From the human T2T-CHM13v2.0 reference genome, Homo sapiens, in assembly GCF_009914755.1 (NCBI RefSeq), contig NC_060944.1: a stretch of DNA of 64,000 bases; one strand, given 5' to 3'. Below the pieces are notes generated by a model, which ran no database searches, had not been told where the DNA came from, and saw only the letters and a program-made list of their open reading frames with translations. Shown one piece after another: positions 19,338-31,014 of the stretch; position 1 is the stretch's first letter, and each line of letters starts with the position of its first letter. The translations under genes and the position numbers were made by a program.

Positions 19338-21149
19338 GTCTGAGTCACCTGAATTCCTTCACGTTACTTTCTGTTATCTGGAAAACTGCACATGTTGAGT
19401 TATCAGTGTCCTCGAAACATAGCATCTAGCAGCAAAAACCCAAACACCATCAAGCCAGTCCTTCTGCCTTTGTTAACATTTTAATGATTTGTTAACTAAG
19501 GGTTAAATACAGATTTTAATCTAGAGCACAAGTGCTCGACTCTGCAAATGCCCAATTATGATATAAAATATTAAATTCACAATTTAGCTGATTTCAAGAG
19601 ATAGAATTCCCCTTTCTTTTACCCTGGCACTTTCTTGGGGTAGAGGGAATGTCATCAATTCCCATTCAAAACTGCTGTTTGGTTTATGCCTTTAGCCAAG
19701 TTACTTAATCAGTTGCTAGGTTTCATTTTCCTTTCCTAAGAAGCAGACAATATTGTTGCCAGGACAAAAAGGAGTACATTTTTGTTAATCCAAAACCATG
19801 TGCTCACCACCTTATCTGGCATTTACATATCTGCCACTTATATAGTACCCAATAGCTTGCAGTACCCTACAGTTTATAAATAATTAGTGAGCAGTTATCC
19901 CCTTAGCCTACTCTTTGGAATGGAGCCAAATGATTAAGCTCTCTGCTCTACTGAATCAAGAGAAAGAAATTACATGTTTCAATAACCAGGAGGTTTGGCA
20001 ACTACGAGGTGCTGTTTCCTCAGGACCAGCTAGAAATCTGATATTCTTTCTTCCTCCTCATTCTTCTACCTTGGTGATTTTTGACACTGGTCCTGTAAGA
20101 GGAAGAGGAAGCCCCTTTAAGGGAGCTTCTCAACCCAACTCATACACATGGTGTGGGCTGGGGCTAAGGAAAGAGTGGGTGACTCAGAGTCCTCAGCAAA
20201 GGGATTTTTGAGACTGTCTTCACTGAGTTCTAAAATATTCATAATTGGAAACTGTGACTACATTTGGCATTATATGAGGGGCAGCTTTTTTCCTCATCTG
20301 AAAAAGGAGTCTCTTTTCTTCCCCCTGGGAATATCTCTGGTGAGTCCCCTCCCTCATCTTATCAAACCCAGCCCTCCTGGCGCAGGCTCAGTATTTAGAG
20401 TTTGTTTGTTTATTTTCAATTCTCCGAGGGGAAAATTCCTTCTTCCCCTTGTTGAAAAATGCTAAAATAGAAACTCCAGAAAATTTAAAAGAAACGGAAG
20501 AAAAGAAAAAAAGATGTTAAAAAAAAGGCAAGGGAAGGAAGGGAGGAGTAGACATGAACAGGAAATGCTGGGATCGAAAACAGACTGAAGTGTTTTTTTT
20601 TGGTGGGGGGAATCAAGGCCTAAAGGGCACGAAGAAGAAAATCAGTGATGATCAAGCTGGCCTGGAGTCAGAATGAGAGGGGCTAGTCATCACCAGAGTG
20701 GGACGCAGGAGGCTGAGGTCGGAGGCAGAGCTGGGTTTGGGGGAAGTCTCCAGGGTCCTGGGGAATCCCTGACCCAGGGAGCCCACGGTCCCTAATGGAA
20801 ATGTTATGGGGTCAGGGAGCGCCAAGGCTGTGAGGTGGCGGGGTTATGGGGGCCTTGGGGAGAGGGTGGTAGCGAGCACCAGGGGGTGCTTGCTGAGGAC
20901 GGAGGCGGCGGGGTGGGGGCAGGGAGCAGGCTGAAGGGGGTGCCGAGGTGCTCTGTAGAAGAGGGGGATTGATAAGGTGACAGGAGGTGAGGCCGGAGGA
21001 ATGAGGGGGGTGCGAGTGGCAGAAGGGAGGGCACAGACAGGGGTAGGGGCAGAGGAGATCGAAGTGCTGAGGGCAGAAGCGGTGACGGTGTCGGGGGTGC
21101 TGGGGAGAGCGACGGGCCAGCTGAGGGGATGGGGACACTAAAGAGAGTA

Positions 21150-21400
21150 CAGGGGAGCCGAAGGGGCGACGGGGCGCTGAGATGGGCCAGGGGCTGAGTG
21201 GGTGACGGGGCGCTGAGTGGGCGATGGAGGTCTGGGGTCTGAGGGGGAGACGGGGCGCTGAGAGGCGCTCTGAGTGGGTGCTGATGCCGCTGGGGGCCAA
21301 AGAGGTGACAAGGCTCTGAGTGGGTGATGGGGGTCTGGGGATTGAGGGGGCGACGGGGCGCTGAGGGGCCAGGGGCTCTGAGCGGGTGACGGGTGCGTTG
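21150..21400. repeat. Degenerate G-rich tandem repeat in ZNFX1 intron 1
   Basis: ACGGGGCGCTGAG at 21169, 21205, 21250 and 21353, with recurring CTGAGTGGGTG and GTCTGGGG units. Confidence 0.75.
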
Positions 21401-21518
21401 GGGGCTTGAGAGGGTGACAGGTCTTACGGGCAGAGGCAGTGGCGGGTCGGCGCGGGCGCCGGGGTTCGCGGCGAGGCAAGGAAGAATCAGGGGCAGGGGC
21501 AGTTGCGGGGCCACTCAC

Positions 21519-21600
21519 CCGGCTCCGGCGCGTCCTTTCACTGCCGCCGGCGAGTGCTGGGGCTTCGGCCCAGGCAGGTCGGTGGCCCCGCCCGGCGCCG
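21519..21600 (-). other. ZNFX1: ZNFX1 non-coding exon 1 (5' end approximate)
   Basis: Consensus donor G|gtgagt at 21518 inside the CpG island. The TSS cannot be fixed from sequence alone. Confidence 0.7.
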
Positions 21601-21603
21601 CGC

Positions 21604-21616
21604 ACTTTCGGTTTCC
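21604..21616 (-). promoter_or_regulatory. ISRE / IRF-binding element
   Basis: The minus strand reads GGAAACCGAAAGT, matching GAAANNGAAA, just 5' of the ZNFX1 exon 1 donor. ZNFX1 is a known interferon-stimulated gene. Confidence 0.7.
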
Positions 21617-22108
21617 GTTCCCCGCAGACCCTGGGCGGAGCCGGGCGGGCGGCCCAGAGGAGGAGAAGGAGGAGGCGGGGGCCCAGGGTGGAGAGCACGA
21701 GGGCCTGGCCCAGGCACGGCCGGCGCCTCCGCCCTCGAGGAGGGCGTCACCTCAGCTCCCCCCGGCGGCGGAGCCGGCGGGCTCAGGCGGGCGCGGCTGA
21801 GGGGAGCGGACCGCGGGGGGCGGGAGATGACTGCGCCCAAGGCCTTTGCGGGCCTCAGCCGGCCCCAGAGGAAGGGGAACCCGTCGAGCGGTTTGGTGCG
21901 TGTGAAGCGCGACATGGCGAGGAAGCGGACAAGCCCGGGTGGCCCGGCGTGTAGAGGGAAGGGGGCGGGGCTAGACGCGGCCTGGACAACTACTAGAGCG
22001 CCTCGGGCTGTGCTGCTCGAGACTACATTTCCCAGAGCGACGCGCGCGGAGCGGGCGGGAAAGAGAGCGTTTCGGGTCCAGTGCGCAGGTGCGAAAGCCA
22101 TCTTTGGT

Positions 22109-22146
22109 TATATAAGGGAGGTTCAGGAAGCCATTCGTTCTTTCGC
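22109..22146 (+). promoter_or_regulatory. TATA box and TCT/5'-TOP-like start site of ZFAS1
   Basis: TATATAA at 22109-22115, then tt-C-TTTC with the C at 22140, about 30 nt downstream. This layout is typical of snoRNA host genes. Confidence 0.65.
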
Positions 22147-22436
22147 GTCTGCGGTGCTCGGAGTGTGGTACTTCTCCTAGTTGCAGTCAGGCTTCATACG
22201 CTGTTGTCCTGCCCGTAAGTTCCCGTTTTGTGTGTGGTGAGTGGAAACTCCATGTTCTTCGTTGGAGACCTCTGGTCCTCCCTTCCCTTCTTTGTGCCGT
22301 CGTCTCTGCGGCCAGCCCTAATCTCCTTCTCGTGGCTTCTCCGTCTCTGACCCCAAATAGGCCTTAAGGGCGTGGGAGAAATGAGTTTCTGGAGCTGGAA
22401 AAGCCACTGCCTTCTGCACGGGCCTGAGAAGCCCTT

Positions 22437-22527
22437 GGCTGGTGTAAATGATGACTTCACTTTTTTCCCCATCAGATCGACAATGCTGACGTCTTATATT
22501 TTGCCAGTTAGTTCTGATACATCGGCC
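22437..22527 (+). ncRNA. SNORD12C: Box C/D snoRNA SNORD12C (U106)
   Basis: C box ATGATGA at 22448-22454, D' CAGA, D box CTGA at 22514-22517. Terminal stem ggctggtgta/tacatcggcc. Lies in ZFAS1 intron 1. Confidence 0.9.
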
Positions 22528-22625
22528 TCAAAAGGCCCGGCCTTGTTCGTTTCTGACCGTGGGAAGATGGCGGTTAACGCCCTTTATTTGTTGGTTCACA
22601 GGTTAGAGCAGCCAGCGGGTACAGA

Positions 22626-22703
22626 ATGGATTTTGGAAGAGGGAGTCACCACTGGACCTCCAAGGAAGCCACGTGCAGACATCTACAACCTTCGATCTCC
22701 TGA
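22626..22703 (+). CDS. 25-aa small ORF in ZFAS1 exon 2 (MDFGRGSHHWTSKEATCRHLQPSIS); translation not provable from sequence
   Basis: gaATGG context (G at -3 and +4). TGA ends 3 nt before the exon 2 donor. Confidence 0.4.
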   Translation: MDFGRGSHHWTSKEATCRHLQPSIS

Positions 22704-23816
22704 CGAGTAAGTCTTTGTCTCCTATGGGTCTACTGTAGAAAACACGTGCTTTGAGAAGCTTTAGTTTTCTAGGAAAACGTGGGATTTAACAAAGCACTTT
22801 CTATCGAGCATTTATTAGGTATTTAAAAAAGTGTTCTGACGGCCGGGCGCTGTGGCTGACGCCTGTAACCCCAGCACTTGGGGAGGCCAAGGCAGATGGG
22901 TCACCTGAGGTCAAGATTTGGAGACCAGCCTGGCCAACATGGTGAAACCCTGACTCTATTAAAAATACAGAAATTAGCTGGGCGTGGTGGTACGCGCCTG
23001 TAATCCCAGCAACTCACAAGGCTGAGGCAGGAGAATTGCCCGAACCCGGGCGGCGGAGGTTGTAGTGAGTTGAGATTGCGCCACTGCCCTACAGTCGGGG
23101 CAACAAAGCCAGACTCCGTCTCAAAAAAAAAAAAAAAAGAAAAACATCTTCTGAATGTTTTATTCTCACAGTTTAAATATTGGAACTAGGTTTCTGGTGA
23201 AGAAACAGGTTTAAGAGAAATGCCTGAAGTGAAAGAACCTTGTTAGTGAAGAGGCGTTTAACATTTTAATGCCACTTAAACATATTTTTGGATTCCATTC
23301 TTCCTGTGTGTTGGGGCGCTTAAATTTCCAAGTGGAGGGATGATTTATTGACATATTTTGGAAAGCCAAATGTGTTTTTCTGTTGAACTAGCCACTCAAA
23401 CCAGTGCCCGACTACATAACTAATATTTTTGCTAGAGTCCAGGAGTGAGGCGTTTACAAAGTCTGGGCTTCATGGGAACACATGTGAAGCTTATTGTTCC
23501 AGATTGTTCTTTTGTCAAGTAACTTGTGGTAACTTGTGTTAAAATGCAATCTCTTGGTACTTGTTCACTTCCCAACTCAGTAAATGCCAACTACTTCCTC
23601 AACTCTTCCAGCCACACTGGCTTCTATCATGGGCCTGTACTCAGAGTGTAAGCACTGAAGACAGGGGTGTTTGGTTTGGCTACCAAGTTATTGCCAGCTA
23701 CAGGATACAACACAGAAGTGCTCAAACACCGAATGCAAATTTGCAAATATGAAGCATACCAACCAAATCTTACTCCTCATGGCTTTCAAATCTTACTCCT
23801 CACTCAAGAACTTCCT

Positions 23817-23907
23817 GCTGGCATATATGATGACTTAGCTTTTTTCCCCGACAGATCGACTATGTTGATCTAACTTTTCTAAGCCAGTTTCTGTCTGATA
23901 TGCCAGC
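23817..23907 (+). ncRNA. SNORD12B: Box C/D snoRNA SNORD12B
   Basis: C box at 23827-23833, D box at 23895-23898. Perfect 9-bp terminal stem gctggcata/tatgccagc. TTTTCCCC guide before D'. Lies in intron 2. Confidence 0.92.
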
Positions 23908-24180
23908 TTGAGCAGCTCCTTTGTCCCAGCTCCCCTGGGCATCTAGCTGATGGGAGCTCATTTTTCTGTTTTTTCATTTCAGGTTTATTGTTGGCCAAAA
24001 CCAGGCTTTGATTGAACCAGGATGAATGCGGGTGTTGGAAGTAGAATATATATATACATATAAAATTGGTAAGTGGTGCCAACACGTCTTCCCTGGCTGA
24101 GTAGACACAGGCTCTGGAGGGGGTAGTAGCTGCTTTTCAGTGTGGGTTTGTCACCCTACTTCTTGTACGACTCAAATGTG

Positions 24181-24270
24181 GCCTTTGCAGCTGATGATAC
24201 AGCTTCTTTCCCCATCAGATCGACCCTGTTGATCTCTACACTATTGGCCAGTTTTGTCTGATGCATTGGC
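24181..24270 (+). ncRNA. SNORD12: Box C/D snoRNA SNORD12 (HBII-99), 28S rRNA 2'-O-methylation guide
   Basis: TGATGA at 24192-24197, D box at 24258-24261, stem gcc-tgca/tgca-ggc. The guide CTTCTTTCCCC is complementary to 28S GGGGAAAGAAG. Lies in intron 3. Confidence 0.92.
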
Positions 24271-24608
24271 CCCAGTAATAACTCCTATCTTTGTTTTCTG
24301 CTTATCTTTATCAGAGACTATTGCTTGTTCATGGGAACTGGGCTTTCTCTATTTTTTCCAGCATTCAGATGGCTTCTTTTGACCTGTTAACTTTCTATAG
24401 GTTGGGAGCCACGTGTACCAGTGTGTGTTGATCTTGGCTTGATTCAGTCTGCCTTGTAACAGGTGAGGTTTCTGCTTTCTATCTGCCAAACCCCACCGCA
24501 AAATTTGTCCAACTGGGCCTAACCTCAGGACCCATTTCCAAGTTGGGTATAAAACTGGGAGAATAAGTCATTAGGACTGACATTGGCCTGTTGGTATTAC
24601 TAGGTCTT

Positions 24609-25075
24609 TGTTGGAAATAAGAGCTTGGAGTTCCAAAGAAAACGAGCACTTGAACAAAAGATTTCTCAGCAAGGCAAATTTACTTCTGCCGTAGGGTGCT
24701 GCTGCTGGCATTCCTGGCAAGAGCACACCTAACAAAAGAGAGAAAGGGTTTTTATTCCTAACAAGTAGTCCCTGCTTCTGTGTCCTATCCCCATTGGCTG
24801 GAGTCGACAGCGCAATCTAAACTAGTCCTGATTGGCTATTTTAAACAGGAGGCATGTGGGTTACAGCTGTGGGAAGGGCAGGAAACTTGTTTACAGAGCT
24901 GGTTGCTAGGAGTGAGGGGGACTTTTCCAAATAGGGAACAGGTTACAGGTTGAGATTGGCCGGAGAAGTTGTTTATAGAACGGGTAACTCGGAGCAGGAA
25001 GGTATGAGGAAGTTGACCTTAAGAACAAAGAACAAGGAAGTTAAAACTTTGAAGAGAAATCCATTGTATCTAACG
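24609..25075 (-). repeat. 3' LTR (LTR10-like), with PPT TCAAAAGGGGGGAAAT at 25090-25076
   Basis: Direct repeat of 30571-31014. Ends ...CTTATTTCCAACA on the minus strand. The terminal TG is mutated to CG. Confidence 0.88.
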
Positions 25076-25189
25076 ATTTCCCCCTTTTGATTTTTATAAT
25101 TATTTCTCTTCAGACTTGTTTTAGCGTGTCTTGATTTTGTTCCTCTTGGTCCTCTGAAATTAGAAGCTTAACTGAATAATGCGAGGGAG

Positions 25190-27200
25190 GATTGAGGAAG
25201 ATTTTGGTGGGTGAGAGCTGTTAAAATAAGCTTTTGTATTAATCCTCAGATACAGGGTATGATACAGCATCCTACAAGAATGAGCAAACCTATTCTGATG
25301 GCAGGAGATTGAGGACGTAAGTCCTTTCCATTTGCGGAACTATTTTTCCATTAAAATCGTGAAGGGGTCATTTATTCCAGAATTTCTAGCTAGCTCATTG
25401 GATAAAGCAGTAAGTCCTTGGGCCTTTGTTATGGTTCCATCGGGAGCAGTATTATTAGGGATGAAAGTACAACACTGGGTTCCAATCATGACACAAACTA
25501 CACCTTTCTCCGCTAGTATCACGTCTAATGCTATTGTATTTTCTCAGGCCGTTTGACTGGTGGGCCCTAATTGTTAAACTGTTCCCTTAATAGCATCCCT
25601 AGTATAATTAATGAATCGTTGCTGGGTTACATTTTTTGTGTTTTTTTTGAGATGGAGTCTCACTCTGTCGCCCAGGCTGGAGTGCAATGGTGCAATGGTT
25701 CACTGCAACTTCCACCTCCTGGGTTCAACCTACTCTCCTTCAGCCTCCTGAGTAGCTGGGGGCTGTCACCATGTTGGTCAGGCTGGTCTCAAACTCCTGA
25801 TCTTGTGATCCACCCGCCTCAGCCTCCTAACATGCTGGGATTACAGGCGTGTGCCACCACTCCCGGCCCAATCTACATTTTTATTTAGAGTTGACCACCA
25901 GAACAACATGGATTCAAACTTGCAGCTATTTGATTTTGGGCCTTAAATCTATCTGGCACTCCTCGTGGGATTCCAATGGCATCTATATAAACATGAGAGT
26001 CACGAGGGACATCCATTGTTCTATGATGTTCTGTTTTTATGTATGTTTTCTGGATGAAATACCAGGGTGAAAGGGAGATAGCCAATTGGATTAGAGCTCA
26101 AGTGCCACGCCAAGTAACTTGGCAGAGTATTCAGTAATGGTCCACCACAACACCACCATACGTTTGCTTGGGGATGAATAAGGGACGACTGATTGGTAAG
26201 CTCCTGGAAGGGCTTAAGCTCACTGCATCTCGTTAGGTCTCCAAGTAAATTCAAGTTCTCCCCCTGTGAGAGACACGAGGTAAAATTGGCATTGGAAGAC
26301 GGATGCTTGATGGCCCTCGGGGGCTGACCCGCAGGGTGTCGGACTTCAGGGGACTTCAGGAAACAGCAGCGAGAGAGTTTGGCATAGCTTATTGCCCCAG
26401 GTTGTGGGGTCTTGGAAGAGAGCTGCCATACAACTTAATGCCTGATTGGCTGGAGGACGATCCGAGTGGAAAGGGAACAATCTGGGGCTCTGGCTTACCA
26501 CGTGCGTAAGCATAACAATCGCTTTGTTTAGCGAGCGGACAGAATGTTTAATCCATTCCAGCCATGCATTTGCATCTCGGTACCGTTTCAATTGGTAGAG
26601 TTTGCTTTAGATTTTTAACCTCTACAATGGTCACTTTGGTTTTGTCATTGGGTGTTTGTTTAGAAGGGGATGAAGGGGGTGGGGGAACAATGAAGCGCAT
26701 TTCGAAAGATCCTGTAGGGTCTATCCCTAATGTTGCGGCTCCCATGCTGTAGAAGCTACTTAAAGTGGGATTAGGATTGGTGGAGGTAGAGGTAAGAATA
26801 GAAATTTGCACTGGGTTACATTGGTGATATTGGCAATTAGAGGGGGCCTCCCCTTTGAAACGAAGGTAGGGTTGTAGAGAGATGCAGCTTTTTGGGGAAG
26901 TCTACCCTTGAGGATCGCTATTCCATAGGACGTCATTCCGGGATGGGCAGAACCTCTCCTCAAACCCTTCCCATTCCCAAACTGCAAAGAATGTAATGGA
27001 TTTAGTTTCGATTAGGCAAGCATTGTGTGAGGATTTAGAATTTATCTTGGAAGGGCAGAGATATTTTTCTGAGAAGGCCAGTTGCCTCTGGTTTTGGAGA
27101 TCCCCACAGGATATGACAAGACAGGCATCAAATGTGATTGAGGTGAGCTTGATCTAGTTACATTAATGATAAAATAGCTGACGGTAGAGAGAGGAAAGAA
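25190..27200 (-). pseudogene. env: Frameshifted env remnant
   Basis: Fragments VYIDAIGIPRGVPDRFKAQNQIAA and ILAEKGVVCVMIGTQCCTFIPNN (immunosuppressive region plus CX6CC) are typical of HERV-I/IP-class TM. An Alu is inserted at ~25640-25870. Confidence 0.85.
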
Positions 27201-27220
27201 GACAAGGCAGTATAAGAGGG

Positions 27221-28740
<1,520 letters not shown>

Positions 28741-28799
28741 CCTATTTTCCTGGAAGGCCATAAGTGGAATATTTTTTCTTTTTCCCATTTGGGGCATTC

Positions 28800-29950
28800 T
28801 CTTTTGAAGTGACCTACTCTTCCACATTTGAAACATTTGTTTTCCCCTCTTCCCTGTCCTGCACTGTGACTTCCAGGTTTTATTCCCTTACTCCTTGTAT
28901 ACAGTTTGGTCGCTGGTGGCCTAGAGGGTTTGTAAGTTTTACTTCCTTGTGTCTCCTACTGCAGAGTTCTCTGTTGTAAGGTAGACAGCATGATTTTTGC
29001 CTTTTGTTTCTGCTGCTCTTTGTCCCTACTTATATGCTTCTCTAAGAAGTTAGTCTCTGGGACAATCTTTCCAATTCTCTATCTTTTGTAGTTGTTTTTA
29101 GAGGTGTTTGGCCAAGTCTTAGTAACAAAATGAAGCTTTAGCATCCCTTGCCCCAGTGGGTCTTCCATTTCTAAACCTGCATATTTTCTCATCTGTTCTT
29201 TAAGCCTATTTAGGAATTCATGGGTCCTTCATCCATCCCTTGTATGTTGAATGCTTGGGAAATACTCTCAGTTCGGGATACTGATGGAACATTTTGACCG
29301 GTAGGGTGTTAATGTTCCCAGACTACCAAAGCAGCCCTATGGATCATGGTTCTTCTCCCAAGAAGGGAATGCCTAAAATGGACATAAGCTCGGCCCATAC
29401 AACTGGGGTCCTAAAAAATGATTTGATCTGCTACCCCATAAGGGTCATCTAACAAGGGCTTGAGTTTTTCTTTTTTTTTAGATTTTGTACTTCTGAGCTG
29501 GTTAAGGGGGCATTTACGAAGCTGATGCCTCCTCTCCCAAGGGGCACTTCTTCAAGGGGAAGAGAGTTGGGGGCAATTCTTTGGAGGTGGAAAGGGGAAA
29601 GGGAAGTTCTGAGTATCCTTTTTACATTGTTCTATTTCATGCTGTAGGGCTTAAGTGTGTGGCTAGGGGGAACATGGGGTATTGATTCAGGATTATATGG
29701 GGGAGGGACTGATGAGTGGGGGGATCCTGTGTACCGGCCTGATGCATGGGGTTTGGCAGAGGCAAGTGGTCTGGTGGGTCCCATATGTTAGCAGGCTGTT
29801 CGGTGGTAGAGACCTTACTCCTTTCAGAGGAGTTGGCTTCTGGCTTGCTTCCTGTAGTTATGTTTAGTCCTTTCACTATCCTTTTAGCATGAGAACCTAG
29901 GGGACTGTCAGAGGGGATGTTACTGTCATTAATTTGATCCTTTCTATTTA
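28800..29950 (-). pseudogene. gag: Degenerate gag remnant
   Basis: Sits between the leader/PBS and pro. Only broken Pro-rich and capsid-like fragments remain, with no long ORF. Confidence 0.6.
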
Positions 29951-30549
29951 CTGTCTTTCTTGAGGTATTTTGCATAATGAAAGTTTGGTGTGAGGCCCAA
30001 AATTAGATTTATTGCCTTTCCTCATAGGCTCAACCTCCCTTACTGGAGATTTCTTGCCATTCCTTTCTCTAGAGGGTCAGCCCCTGGCTACTGGAGATTT
30101 CTTGCACTCTTCTCCTTTTGCTTCATCCTTCTCTGGCTGCTTCCCAGGAGGGAATATTTCAGGTCCTCCTTAGCATTGGTGTGTCAGTATAAGCCCCATG
30201 ACAGGAATCCACCATAAGCTATACGAGGTGACCATGGAATCACAGATCCGGAATCATCGCTCGCTTCGCACTCAGTTGTGCGTCTCATTGACACACTTTC
30301 AACCTCCAAAATGCCCTGACCACCAAGGAAATACTTTGTCGCCCCTGTGACTTTTCTTAACTTGGTCTGTGCAGTTACCTGGTCACCGCAGTATGTGAGG
30401 ATCCTTTCCGCCTGTGTTGCTGAGAGTCTGGGTTTATGTGTCACCTTGGGTGGGACCCAATCTCCTGTTTGTGAGGCCACCGCAAAGAGGTGGTGGGATG
30501 CCTCTCCTCAAGAGAGGTGATCGTGGGCTTCTCCTGAAGGAGAACGGTA

Positions 30550-30567
30550 ATCCCAGATGAGCTCCCA
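30550..30567 (-). other. Primer-binding site, tRNA-Pro type
   Basis: TGGGAGCTCATCTGGGAT lies 3 nt after the 5' LTR. It differs from TGGGGGCTCGTCCGGGAT by three transitions, two of them at CpG. Confidence 0.8.
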
Positions 30568-30570
30568 AAT

Positions 30571-31014
30571 TGTTGGCAATAAGAGCTCAGAGTTGCAAAG
30601 AAAATGATCTCCAAAAGATTTCTCAGCAAGGCAGATTTACTTATGCAGAATGGTGCTGCTTGCACTCCTGGTCACAGTGAGAGCACCCCGAACAAAGGAG
30701 GTGAAGTGGTTTTTATCCCTAACACAGCTAGTTCCTGCTTCTGTGTCCTATCCCCATTGGCTAGAGTCCAATCTAAACTAGTCCTGATTGGCTATTTTAA
30801 ACAGGAGGGGTGTGGGTTACAGCAGTGGGAAGAGCAGTTGCCACGAGCGAGGGAGACTTTTCCAGATAAGGAACAAATGCGGGTTACAGGTTGGGATTGG
30901 TGGGAGAAATGTTTACAGAATGGGTAATTAGGAGTGGGAAGGTATGAGGAAGTTGACCTTAAGAACAAAGAACAAGGAAGTTAAACTTTGAAGAGAAACC
31001 CATCATACCTAACA
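30571..31014 (-). repeat. 5' LTR (LTR10-like)
   Basis: TG...CA termini on the minus strand. Two CCAAT boxes (30756-30760, 30787-30791) and an ATAAAAA TATA-like element near 30711-30717. Confidence 0.88.

Larger units (their letters stand above)
20880..22620. promoter_or_regulatory. CpG island / bidirectional ZNFX1-ZFAS1 promoter
   Basis: Very GC- and CpG-rich. GC box GGGGGCGGGGC at 21961-21971. ACTACATTTCCCA (ZNF143/THAP11-type motif typical of bidirectional promoters) at 22022-22034. YY1-like GCCATCTT at 22097-22104 and AAGATGGCGG at 22564-22573. Confidence 0.9.

Noticed and set aside
20645-20716. GTGATGA ... CTGA resembling a fourth C/D snoRNA
   Set aside because: No terminal stem or recognisable guide, and it is antisense to the ZNFX1 intron it lies in and upstream of ZFAS1.
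20804-22180. Overlapping 135-236 aa Pro/Arg/Gly/Ala-rich ORFs on both strands
   Set aside because: Stop codons are scarce in a GC-rich CpG island, and none shows a domain signature.
24222-24232. GACCCTGTTGA in SNORD12 is identical in sense to the 28S sequence next to its target
   Set aside because: TGTTGA is simply the C' box, and the CCC is not kept in SNORD12B or SNORD12C, so this is probably coincidence.
25190-27200. Possible domesticated (syncytin-like) env
   Set aside because: Multiple frameshifts and stops, no intact furin site, and an Alu inserted in TM.
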